A stretch of DNA of 64,000 nucleotides, taken from the NCBI GenBank assembly GCA_963817575.1, contig CAWFOY010000006.1:46544-110543 (forward strand), written 5' to 3'. Shown piece after piece: positions 19,702 to 27,977 of this stretch (position 1 is its first letter; each line of letters starts with the position of its first letter). Made by a program: the position numbers and the translations under genes. This DNA is from an uncultured Gemmatimonadales bacterium (GTDB lineage: Bacteria; Gemmatimonadota; Gemmatimonadetes; Gemmatimonadales; GWC2-71-9). The notes below the pieces were generated by a model. That model was not told the origin of the DNA. It saw only the letters and a program-made list of their open reading frames with translations, and ran no database searches.

Positions 19702-20151
19702 TCAGCTCACCGGATGTTCGACGGCCTGGCTCGCGAGGCAGAGCCAGTTGCCGTCCTTGTCCTTCACCCAGGTGTCGGTCCAGACGATGTGGTACTTGCC
19801 CACGGTACCGTCGGGCATCTTGACCGTCATGGTGGCCTCGCCGGCGTGGATGGCGGTGTTGCCGTTCAGGATCACCTGCTCCGGCCCCATCTGCATGTTG
19901 CTGAAGCTCAACCCGGATTTGAGCATCGCCAGGGTTGCGGCCTTGTCGCTCCGCTTCCCGGCGCCGTCGGTCCCGACGAACTCGGGCGCCATCATGCGCT
20001 CGATCATGGCCCAGTCCTGCCGCACCATGGCGGCGCCCCACTGGGCCTCATTCTCCTTGATCTTCTCCACGGCGACCCTGTCGCTCTGGGCGCGGGCGGG
20101 CAGCGCGAACAGGCCCAGGGCCGCGGCCACGATCAGCATTCGTCGAACCAT
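19702..20151 (-). CDS. SnoaL-like / DUF4440-type (NTF2 fold) secreted protein
   Basis: 149 aa with a signal peptide (ALPARAQS). EAQWGAAMVRQDWAMIERMMAPEFVGTDGAGK... is typical of DUF4440. ggagg RBS. Confidence 0.7.
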   Translation of the reverse strand: MVRRMLIVAAALGLFALPARAQSDRVAVEKIKENEAQWGAAMVRQDWAMIERMMAPEFVGTDGAGKRSDKAATLAMLKSGLSFSNMQMGPEQVILNGNTAIHAGEATMTVKMPDGTVGKYHIVWTDTWVKDKDGNWLCLASQAVEHPVS

Positions 20152-20290
20152 GTAATGCCTCCGGTATGAGGAGTGCCCGGGAGCCGAAAACCGGTCCTCG
20201 GGTGCGGCAATCTTTCCCTCTGCAGCCGGGGTGTCAAACGGCCCCGGAATCGCTTGCGAAATATTTCACAAGCAACTAGCTTCCGCCCCG

Positions 20291-20554
20291 ATGCGACAGC
20301 CGCTGGGGCCTCCCAGGGAGGTCGGCGAGGGCTACAAGTACGTCTCGCTCGGCCTGACCTTCGCCGGTGGGATCATCCTTTTCATGGCCATCGGCTTCGG
20401 GCTCGACCACCTGCTCGGGTGGACCCCCGTGCTGACCGTGGCGGGCACGCTGGCCGGCTCGGTCATGAGCTTCCTCAACGTGTACTGGAAGCTCCAGGCG
20501 GACGAACGGGAACACCAGCAGCAGATTGACGAAGAGAAGGGAAAGAAGCCGTGA
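20291..20554 (+). CDS. AtpZ/AtpI-like small membrane protein preceding the F0 genes
   Basis: MRQPLGPPREVGEGYKYVSLGLTFAGGIILFMAIGFGLDHLLG... has two TM helices, typical of the putative F0F1-ATPase subunit family. The track ORF begins at 20231, but ATG 20291 is more plausible. Confidence 0.65.
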   Translation: MRQPLGPPREVGEGYKYVSLGLTFAGGIILFMAIGFGLDHLLGWTPVLTVAGTLAGSVMSFLNVYWKLQADEREHQQQIDEEKGKKP

Positions 20555-20892
20555 CGCGGCTCACCGCCGGGCTGCTGCTGACGGCTGCGGTGACGGGCGG
20601 ACTGGTCGCCGGATTCGGGCGTGAGGCGCTGCTTCCCGGGGTGTCGTTCGGCCTCCTGGCGACGGCCATCCAGCTCGCGGCGACACGCTGGCTCGCGGCC
20701 GCGCGCGGGAAGCCGTTCGCCGAGCTGGTGAAGGCGCTGGGGTTCGGCATGGGGCTCCGGTTCGGGGGAGTGTTCGTCTTCCTCGTGGCCGCGCTCGCCG
20801 CCCCGGCCCTCTTTCCGCCGCTCCCGACGGCCCTGGCGTATGTGGGGGTGCTCGTGCCCCTGTTGTTTTCGGACTTACGGACGGTGCGATGA
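20551..20892 (+). CDS. atpI: ATP synthase protein I-like membrane protein
   Basis: 113 aa and hydrophobic. GTGA overlap with the upstream gene and ATGA overlap with atpB, the position typical of atpI. Confidence 0.55.
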   Translation: MTRLTAGLLLTAAVTGGLVAGFGREALLPGVSFGLLATAIQLAATRWLAAARGKPFAELVKALGFGMGLRFGGVFVFLVAALAAPALFPPLPTALAYVGVLVPLLFSDLRTVR

Positions 20893-21755
20893 TCCAGGAA
20901 GCGACAGCGACGCCGGATATCGGCGAAGTGGTGATGCATCATACCGCCGACGCGTGGACCCTCGACTTCTATCCGTTCGGGGAGATCCACCTGCCGCGGT
21001 GGCCGGACGTGCACCTCGGCCCGCTCACGGTGAACCTCTCGCCCACCAAGCACGTGATCTTCCTGATGCTGGCGGCGCTCCTCGTGTTCCTCACGATGAA
21101 GCTCGCCGGCCGGGCGCTCGAGCGGCAGCGCGCGGGCCAGAAGGCGCCAAAGGGATTCGCCGCCGCGGTCGAAGCGATGGTCCTCTTCGTCCGGAACGAC
21201 ATCGCCATCGCGAACATCGGCGAGAACGGCGCCCGCTTCGCGCCGCTCATCATGGCGCTCTTCTTCTTCGTCCTGTACTCGAACCTCCTCGGCCTGATTC
21301 CCTTCGGCGCCTCACCCACCGGCAACCTGGCGGTGACGGGCGCACTCGCGATCCTGGTCTTCCTGACCATCGAGATCGCAGGCTTCATCAAGCTCGGCCC
21401 CAAGGGATACCTCGGCACGATCTTCCCGCATGTGCCCGGGCTGCACGGGCCGGCCGCCGTGGCGATGTCCATCGGGATGGCGCCGATCGAGATCCTGGGC
21501 AAGCTGGTCAAGCCATTCGCGCTGGCGGTCCGTCTCTTCGGCAACATGACGGCGGGCCACTTCGTCATCCTCTCGCTGTTCGGGATCATCTTCCTGTTCG
21601 GCGGGTTGCAGGGCTGGAACTGGATCATCGGCACCGTCACCGCCGCGCTGGTGGTCGGCATCATGCTGCTCGAGCTGATCGTGGCATTCCTGCAGGCGTA
21701 CGTGTTCGCGCTCCTGTCGGCCGTCTTCATCGGGCTGATGCAGCAGGAGCACTAG
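20889..21755 (+). CDS. atpB: F0F1 ATP synthase subunit a
   Basis: 288 aa. It has LLGLIPFGASPTGNLAVTGALA and the conserved RLFGNMTAGH arginine motif. Confidence 0.95.
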   Translation: MIQEATATPDIGEVVMHHTADAWTLDFYPFGEIHLPRWPDVHLGPLTVNLSPTKHVIFLMLAALLVFLTMKLAGRALERQRAGQKAPKGFAAAVEAMVLFVRNDIAIANIGENGARFAPLIMALFFFVLYSNLLGLIPFGASPTGNLAVTGALAILVFLTIEIAGFIKLGPKGYLGTIFPHVPGLHGPAAVAMSIGMAPIEILGKLVKPFALAVRLFGNMTAGHFVILSLFGIIFLFGGLQGWNWIIGTVTAALVVGIMLLELIVAFLQAYVFALLSAVFIGLMQQEH

Positions 21756-21947
21756 GCAGTCGCAGGGCTCCCGGCGCCGCGCGCTTCCGCCGCCCGGGAT
21801 CAGGTAGTCCGCCGAATGGCGGACGATGCGCCCGCTGGTCCTCCGGGACCGATGGCGGGCCGCCGCGAAGGGCCGCGCGGGAGACGTGGCACCGGACCGG
21901 GGAGCGCGATGACTCCTTGATCTCCACCGAACGACAGGACTGACGAC

Positions 21948-22235
21948 ATGTTCCTCCTCAATCTCTTGCAGGACGCCGCGCCCACCGGCGCCGATTTCGT
22001 CGCCGCGGCGAAGAACACCAACGCCCTGCTGGGCGCGGGCATCGGCATCGGCCTCGCCATTCTCGGCGCCGGCATCGGCCTGGGCCGGATCGGCGGCCAG
22101 GCGGCCGAGGCGATCGCGCGGCAGCCCGAGGCGGCCGGCGAGATCCGCGGCGCCGCCCTGCTGATCGCCGTGCTCCTCGAGGGCGCCACGATCATCGCGC
22201 TGGTGTTCGCCCTGCTGTTCAAGCTCATCAAGTAA
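21948..22235 (+). CDS. atpE: F0F1 ATP synthase subunit c
   Basis: 95 aa. It has the GAGIGLGRIGGQAAEAIARQPE hairpin loop and LLIAVLLEGATIIALVFALL with the carboxylate Glu. Confidence 0.95.
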   Translation: MFLLNLLQDAAPTGADFVAAAKNTNALLGAGIGIGLAILGAGIGLGRIGGQAAEAIARQPEAAGEIRGAALLIAVLLEGATIIALVFALLFKLIK

Positions 22236-22244
22236 GGCGGCCCC

Positions 22245-22796
22245 ATGGCACCCGTACTGCTCGCGCTGCTCGTCTCGTCGGAGGGCGCTGAAGGGGCTCC
22301 GGTTTCGCCGTTCGAGGTGAATTCCGGCCTCTTCATCTGGACCTGGGTGGTCTTCATCGTCCTCTTCTTCGTGTTGAAGAGGTTCGCATGGCCCGCCATC
22401 CTGAAGGCGACCGAGGAGCGCGAGCAGACGATCCGCCGTCAGCTCGACGAGGCGGCCGAGATGCATGCGAAGGCCGAGTCCACGCTCAAGGAGCAGCAGG
22501 CGCTCCTGGGCGCGGCGCGGGGCCAGGCCCAGGCGATGCTGGCCGAGGCCAAGACCGCCGCCGAGCGGGAACGCGCGGTGGCGGTGCAGAAGACCCGTGA
22601 GGAGCAGGAACAGCTCCTCGCCCGCGCCCGGCGGGAGATCGTCGCGGAGCGGGAGAAGGCCGTGCTCGAGCTGCGCCGCGAGGCGGTGGATCTGTCGCTC
22701 GCGGCCGCGACCAAGCTGATCGGCCAGCGGCTGGACAGCGACGCCGACCGGAAGATCGTGCTCGACTACCTCGGCACGCTGGAGTCCCAGCATTGA
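22245..22796 (+). CDS. atpF: F0F1 ATP synthase subunit b
   Basis: 183 aa with a single N-terminal TM helix, then a long charged coiled coil (ILKATEEREQTIRRQLDEAAEMHAKAE...). Confidence 0.9.
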   Translation: MAPVLLALLVSSEGAEGAPVSPFEVNSGLFIWTWVVFIVLFFVLKRFAWPAILKATEEREQTIRRQLDEAAEMHAKAESTLKEQQALLGAARGQAQAMLAEAKTAAERERAVAVQKTREEQEQLLARARREIVAEREKAVLELRREAVDLSLAAATKLIGQRLDSDADRKIVLDYLGTLESQH

Positions 22797-23329
22797 GATC
22801 GGTGACGATCGCCCGGAACTACGCCGAGGCGCTGTTCGAGCTCGGTGAGACCCACGGGCAGAGCGAGCTCTACGCGGAGCTGCTGGACGCGGTGGCGGCC
22901 GCGCTCCGCGAGGCGCCGAGCGCACAGGCGGTGATGATGTCGCCGCGGGTGACGAAGGCGGAGAAGGCGCGCCTCCTCGGCGCGGCGCTTCCCGGCGCCC
23001 CCCGGCCGTTCGTGCTCTTCCTCACGGCCATCGTCAAGCGCAACCGGCAGGTGCTGCTCCCCGACATCAATGCCGAGTACACGACGCTCGTCGACGTGAA
23101 GCTCAACCGGGTCCGGGCGGGCGTCACGCTCGCACGCGATCCGGACGCGAAGCTGCGGAAGCAGGTCACCCAGGCGCTGGAGCAGGCGCTGGGCAAGGAG
23201 GCGCTGATCAGCTTCACGGCCGATCCCGGCATACTCGGCGGGGCGGTGGTGCGGATCGGCGAGCGGGTGCATGACGGCTCGGTCCGCCGACGGATCACGG
23301 CACTCCGGCGGAAGCTGCTCGCGCAGTAG
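22793..23329 (+). CDS. atpH: F0F1 ATP synthase subunit delta (OSCP)
   Basis: 178 aa. It has IARNYAEALFELG... and the C-terminal GGAVVRIGERVHDGSVRRRITALRRKL. Confidence 0.9.
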   Translation: MRSVTIARNYAEALFELGETHGQSELYAELLDAVAAALREAPSAQAVMMSPRVTKAEKARLLGAALPGAPRPFVLFLTAIVKRNRQVLLPDINAEYTTLVDVKLNRVRAGVTLARDPDAKLRKQVTQALEQALGKEALISFTADPGILGGAVVRIGERVHDGSVRRRITALRRKLLAQ

Positions 23330-23350
23330 CTTCGCACACCCGGCAGCACA

Positions 23351-23384
23351 CGACCCCCGCCTCGCCGCTGCGAGACGGGGGTCG
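23351..23384. terminator. bidirectional hairpin between convergent atpH and the OMP gene
   Basis: cgacccccg...cgggggtcg outer stem with an inner ctcgc/gcgag stem. There is no clear U-tract. Confidence 0.5.
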
Positions 23385-23400
23385 CGTCATTCCGGCCGGA

Positions 23401-23877
23401 CTAGTGCTGGCCGAGGGTGAAGTTGAGCCCCGCGGCGACCTGGAACGAGGAGTTGTCGCTCACGATGAAGCGGCCCTCCCCGAACGGGTGGACCCGCCCC
23501 GCGAGCGACTCGATGCCGAAGAACAGGTTGAGGCCGGCCTCGGAATCATCGGTGCCGTACCCGTCCGCGGTCAGGACATTCAGTCCGCCGCCGATGTAGG
23601 CCCAGTCGAGGCGCTCGCCGGAGAAGCGGTACTTGAGGTCAAGATTGAAGCCCCAGAGGGACCCTGGATCGACGAAGTAATAGTCCAGGGACGGATACAA
23701 CTCGAGGTGATTGCCGAGCGGGGCGCTGAACTGGGCGCCGAGCGCGACCTCTTCGACGTCGAAATTGTAGCCGATGCGCGGACCGAGATGGGCGCGGTTC
23801 GTCTGCGCCTCCGCCCCGCCGGCCATGGCTCCTGCCAGAAGCACCGTGACGAGCGCCAGTCGTAGTCGGGTCATCAT
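23401..23877 (-). CDS. small outer-membrane beta-barrel protein (OmpW/OmpA-barrel-like)
   Basis: Signal peptide MMTRLRLALVTVLLAGAMAGGAEAQ. Alternating beta-strand pattern and an aromatic-rich C-terminal strand (AAGLNFTLGQH). The track ORF extends to 23943. Confidence 0.65.
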   Translation of the reverse strand: MMTRLRLALVTVLLAGAMAGGAEAQTNRAHLGPRIGYNFDVEEVALGAQFSAPLGNHLELYPSLDYYFVDPGSLWGFNLDLKYRFSGERLDWAYIGGGLNVLTADGYGTDDSEAGLNLFFGIESLAGRVHPFGEGRFIVSDNSSFQVAAGLNFTLGQH

Positions 23878-24046
23878 GCGATCATCTCCTGATGAAGGTC
23901 CAGGAACGGCATGTCCTGCCCCGACAATGTGGAACCGGACCACGCCTCCGGGGTGTGATGGAGGGCACGGGGTGGGCGATGGTGATGTGGGTCACGGGGT
24001 GGCCGGGGCGAATCGATGCGCGGGGGGTTGCCCCGTTTGTGATTCT

Positions 24047-24074
24047 CGGCGCACCCTCACGGGAGCGCCTGGCC
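24047..24074 (-). repeat. REP element copy C (reverse complement ggccaggcgctcccgtgagggtgcgccg)
   Basis: Same hairpin core as copy B, in inverted orientation, 59 nt beyond the RAYT stop. Confidence 0.8.
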
Positions 24075-24132
24075 CTGGTTTTCCAATCATGGGGCGCAAA
24101 TTCGTAATTCCCCATCTATCCGACGTATCGAT

Positions 24133-24582
24133 TCAATCCCAGGTGAAGTCGGCCAGATCGACGGCGTACGCGCGCGCCAGCCGCTCCATCTCGTGAAGAT
24201 GGTCGCTGTTCCGGTGGACCTGATCTTGGGAATCGATGTATCGCTTCAGGTTCGTGTCGTCGCGGGAATCGACGCCGAACGCGGCATATCCGCGCTGCCA
24301 CCTGAATTGCCGTAGAGCCGAATCTCGCTGCTTGAGCCAGCGCGTTGAATTCGATTTGATCGCGGTTACGAGCGAACGAACGGTCGCCTGAGGGTCGAGG
24401 TGAACGTAGAGGTGCACATGATCGTCCGAGCCACCTATCGCAACCAGGCGACATCGCTTGTTCTTGACCGTTCCGGCGATATAGGCGAAGAGGTCTCTGC
24501 GAATCTCCTGAGAAAGCCAGGGTTGCCGACGCTTGGTGGCCCACACGAGGTGTACGCCGACAGACACGAGGGTTTGGGACAT
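24133..24582 (-). CDS. REP-associated tyrosine transposase (RAYT), IS200/IS605 TnpA Y1 family
   Basis: 149 aa. It has HLVWATKRRQPWL, the HUH motif DDHVHLYVHL, and the catalytic Tyr region RWQRGYAAFGV. It is flanked by inverted REPs. Confidence 0.85.
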   Translation of the reverse strand: MSQTLVSVGVHLVWATKRRQPWLSQEIRRDLFAYIAGTVKNKRCRLVAIGGSDDHVHLYVHLDPQATVRSLVTAIKSNSTRWLKQRDSALRQFRWQRGYAAFGVDSRDDTNLKRYIDSQDQVHRNSDHLHEMERLARAYAVDLADFTWD

Positions 24583-24656
24583 TTCCGCTCCTGTGAACAG
24601 GCTTCATGGCTTTGGACACGAGCCGGGCTGCGTTGTCGCGACCCGGAATCGGAAGA

Positions 24657-24689
24657 CCGGAGCCAGGCGCCCCCGTGAGGGTGCGCCGG
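24657..24689 (+). repeat. REP element copy D (ccggagccaggcgcccccgtgagggtgcgccgg)
   Basis: Same 33-nt core, 75 nt upstream of the RAYT start codon. Confidence 0.8.
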
Positions 24690-24954
24690 GGATGCCGCAC
24701 GGGGCTCCGCGACCTGCGCCCTGAATCCGTTGGCATGGGCACAATGTCGCCGCCCGCCCCTCCTTTGAGCACGCGGCGCAGCAACCAAACTCGGCATCCG
24801 GCGATCTAAGGCCATGGCGCGCCGGAGGAGGCAAAGATTGGACACCGGCGGACCGTTCGCATCACCCGGCGATCTCACGCCGCATCGATTCCCCGCCTCC
24901 CCAGGCGGCGCTATTCTTCGACACCTCGATTCCACTTCTGGCATCGGAACCCAC

Positions 24955-27945
24955 ATGCTGCCATCACTGCTCGCCGTCCTGCTGCTTCAGCAATCTTCCG
25001 GTCCCGCGCCGTACTGGCAGCAGCGGGTCGCCTACGAGATCGATGCTTCGCTCGACGAGGGCCGGGGCGTGCTCTCGGGTACCCAGCGCCTCCGCTACCA
25101 CAACAATTCGCCTGACACGCTGCGCACCCTGAGCTTCCACCTCTACCTCAACGCGTTCCGGCCCGGCTCGCGCTGGGCCGCGGCCGATTCCGTCGAGGGA
25201 CGCCGGCGCTTCAACGATCTCAAGGATCCGAACTACGGATTCAACCACGTGCGCAACGTGCGGATCCAGGGATCCCCGGTGACCGCGATCTACCCGTTCG
25301 CCCCGGACAGCACGGTCGTGCGGTTTGAGCTCCCGCGGCCCCTCGCCCCGGGCGGGTCGCTCGAGGCGGAGATGGAGTGGGACGCCCGGCCGTCCATTCC
25401 CCCGCGGCGCCAGGGCCGGCGGGGCCGGGCGTTCGACTTCGCACAGTGGTATCCGCGCGTCGTCGTGTACGACAAGCTCGGCTGGCAGGAACACGCGCTC
25501 TACCCGGGCGGCGAGTTCTATGGGGAGTTCGGCAGCTTCCTGGTGCGGCTGGATGTCGCGGAGGACCAGGTGGTGGGCGCCACCGGCGTTGCGGTGTGCG
25601 GCGATCCGGGGTGGGAACGGGTCAACCAGAAGCCCGACCGGCGCGTCGACTACCGGCGCGACTTCTACGGCGACCGCGCCCGGTTCCGGTGCGAGGCGCA
25701 GACGGCGGCGCCGGGCCGGAAGAAGATCGTGTGGTACGCGGATGACGTCCATCACTTCGCGATGTCGCTCAACCCGGCCTACAAGTACGAGGGCGGCCGC
25801 TGGGGCGACGTGGCCGTGCACGTGCTCTACCAGCCGGGCGACGAGAAGACCTGGGGAGCCGACACGGCGGTGCGCCGCACCGAACGCGCACTCGAGTGGC
25901 TCGACGGCATCTTCGGTCGCTTCCCCTGGCCCCAGCTCACCAACGTGCACCGGATCGAGGGCGGCGGCACCGAGTTCCCGATGATGATCCACGACGGCTC
26001 GGCTTCGGAGAGCCTCATCATCCACGAGTTGGGCCACAACTACGTGATGGGGATCCTGGCCAACAACGAGTGGCGGGAAGGCTGGCTCGACGAGGGGTTC
26101 AGCGAGTTTCAGACCAACTGGTACTATCGCGACAAGCCCTATGGCGACGGCTATGACGAGCAGGAGCCATACCTCTTGGGCCTCGACCTCGACGGCACCT
26201 CCCAGCCGGCCAGCATGGTCAGCGAGAACTATCGCGACTTCGGCACCTATGGCACGGCGATCTACCTCAGGGGCGAGCTCTTCTTCCACCAGCTCCGCTA
26301 CGTCGTGGGCGAGGAGACCTTCAGGAAGATCCTCCGGACCTACTACGACCGCTGGAAGCTCAAGCACGTGGACGAGGCCGCGTTCCGGGCCGTGGCGGAA
26401 GAGGTGAGCAAGCGGGACCTTAGCGGATTCTTCGCGCAGTGGCTGCATACCACCGATCTTGTCGACTACGCGGTAGGCAGGACTTCGCGACAGCGGGTCG
26501 GCGGGTCGGGGGGTCAGGAGATGGAAGAGTGGATCACGCGGGTGGAGGTGCGTCGGATGGCGTCCGGCATCATCCCGGTCGAGGTGCAGGTAGCCGGGAA
26601 GTCCGACACCGTCACGGTGCGCGCGGAGGGGATGGCGGAGCGGGACTGGGTCGAGGTGCGCACCCGCTCGGAGCCGGTTTCCGTGACGCTCGACCCGCGG
26701 GTCCAGACCCACGACTGGAACTTCCTCAACAATCACAAGGGATTCGGGCTGTTCGCCGATCAACGGCGCACCGATCACTACTTCGACACCTACTTCTCGA
26801 CCCGGGAGCTGCGCGACCGGCAGACGACCGGCTGGGCGCCGCAGGCGTGGTACAACGACGCGGGCGGCGTGACCCTGGGCCTCCGGACCCGCGGGGATTA
26901 CTTCGGCCGGTTCGAGCAGAACATCCTGTCCTTCACGACCGGCACCGGGTGGGGCGCGGACGATCCGGTCGAGCGGCTCGATTTCTTCCTCCGGCTCCGG
27001 AATCCGGTCGGCGGCCACGCCCCGCTCGCCTCGCAGACATTCGAGGCGTTCTCCATGGAGGGCCGGTACGGCGCAACCGTTCACGCGACCAAGCGGCACC
27101 GCGAACATCAGGGCTTCGGGCCGACCTACACCACGGGCGTGTCCCTGGGCTGGGTCGCGACCAGCGAGACCGCCTTCCTCGATCCTGGCTATTACGAGGA
27201 TGCCGGGACCGTTGAGGGCATGCTGCTGGGTGGCGTGGAAGGGCGGAGCGGCTCCTGGACGCTCGGGCTCGAGACGGCGCTCGGCGGCGGCGTCTCCTAC
27301 GACCAGGCCGGGCCCGGGATCGAGACCGAGGACCGGTACGATGTCCAGCCGTACGTGCGCGGCACCCTGACGGCCACCGCGCGGCGGCGGCTGGGGCAGA
27401 AGTTCGGGCTCGCGTTCCGCGGATTCGCCGGTCTCGCGACCGCTCAGGATCAGCTCGTGAAGCAGCGGCAGGTGTACCTCGCCGGAGCCGACCCGTACCA
27501 GCAGCTTTACAATCCGTTTCTGCGCTCCGAGGGCGCGTTGCTGGTGCGCGAGGGCGTGTTCTATCACGCGCCGGGCGGCGCGGGGCTTCGCGGCTTCGAC
27601 GGGCGGGTGAGCGCGCGCCAGGCCTACGCCCTGAACGGTGAGCTCGAGCGGACGCTCGTCTCCCGCCGGGAGGCCGCGCTGTTCCGCAGCGTGACGCTGG
27701 CGCTGTTCGGAGACGTGGCGTTTGCCGATCCGCCGTCATCCGGTGGCACGACCCCCGGCGAGCTTCGCCTGTTCGGCGACGCGGGCATCGGCCTCCGTGC
27801 CGCGCACCGGATCGGCCAGACCTCGTTCGTCACCCGGTTCGACTTCCCGCTGTACGTGAGCGAGGCCAACCTGGCGCAGGACGACGGCCCCGGCGGCGAG
27901 CGCGTCGGCTTCCGGTGGCTGTTCAGTTTCGCGCCGGCGCTCTAG
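24955..27945 (+). CDS. M1-family zinc aminopeptidase fused to a C-terminal Omp85/bacterial-surface-antigen-type beta-barrel
   Basis: Signal-like MLPSLLAVLLLQQSSG. GGTEFPMM (GxMEN-type exopeptidase motif). HELGHNYV...WLDEGFSEF (HExxH plus 18-19 residues to E). The last 400 aa or so are Gly/aromatic-rich beta-strand sequence with GGAGLRGF and FGDAGIG (Omp85 loop-6-like). The track ORF starts at 24814, but ATG 24955 is preferred. Confidence 0.75.
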   Translation: MLPSLLAVLLLQQSSGPAPYWQQRVAYEIDASLDEGRGVLSGTQRLRYHNNSPDTLRTLSFHLYLNAFRPGSRWAAADSVEGRRRFNDLKDPNYGFNHVRNVRIQGSPVTAIYPFAPDSTVVRFELPRPLAPGGSLEAEMEWDARPSIPPRRQGRRGRAFDFAQWYPRVVVYDKLGWQEHALYPGGEFYGEFGSFLVRLDVAEDQVVGATGVAVCGDPGWERVNQKPDRRVDYRRDFYGDRARFRCEAQTAAPGRKKIVWYADDVHHFAMSLNPAYKYEGGRWGDVAVHVLYQPGDEKTWGADTAVRRTERALEWLDGIFGRFPWPQLTNVHRIEGGGTEFPMMIHDGSASESLIIHELGHNYVMGILANNEWREGWLDEGFSEFQTNWYYRDKPYGDGYDEQEPYLLGLDLDGTSQPASMVSENYRDFGTYGTAIYLRGELFFHQLRYVVGEETFRKILRTYYDRWKLKHVDEAAFRAVAEEVSKRDLSGFFAQWLHTTDLVDYAVGRTSRQRVGGSGGQEMEEWITRVEVRRMASGIIPVEVQVAGKSDTVTVRAEGMAERDWVEVRTRSEPVSVTLDPRVQTHDWNFLNNHKGFGLFADQRRTDHYFDTYFSTRELRDRQTTGWAPQAWYNDAGGVTLGLRTRGDYFGRFEQNILSFTTGTGWGADDPVERLDFFLRLRNPVGGHAPLASQTFEAFSMEGRYGATVHATKRHREHQGFGPTYTTGVSLGWVATSETAFLDPGYYEDAGTVEGMLLGGVEGRSGSWTLGLETALGGGVSYDQAGPGIETEDRYDVQPYVRGTLTATARRRLGQKFGLAFRGFAGLATAQDQLVKQRQVYLAGADPYQQLYNPFLRSEGALLVREGVFYHAPGGAGLRGFDGRVSARQAYALNGELERTLVSRREAALFRSVTLALFGDVAFADPPSSGGTTPGELRLFGDAGIGLRAAHRIGQTSFVTRFDFPLYVSEANLAQDDGPGGERVGFRWLFSFAPAL

Positions 27946-27977
27946 GAGGGGGCAGGGCGGGGCGCTAGAATTCGGCC

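Larger units (their letters stand above)
24047..24689 (-). mobile_element. REPtron-like unit: RAYT gene bracketed by two inverted REP hairpins
   Basis: REP copy C (24047-24074, minus orientation) and REP copy D (24657-24689, plus orientation) flank the Y1-transposase gene 24133-24582. Confidence 0.75.

Noticed and set aside
24814-24954. N-terminal extensions of track ORFs (24814 for the M1 peptidase, 35067 for the Zn-peptidase, 31066 for DUF885, 51536 for ETF-QO, 39804 for cstA, 59761 for htpX, 61379 for moeA, 62197 for mobB).
   Set aside because: The internal starts give proper signal peptides or canonical N-termini. They often form ATGA, GTGA or TGATG overlaps with the upstream gene or follow an SD-like ggagg/aaggag. 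The extensions are low-complexity or overlap neighbouring genes.
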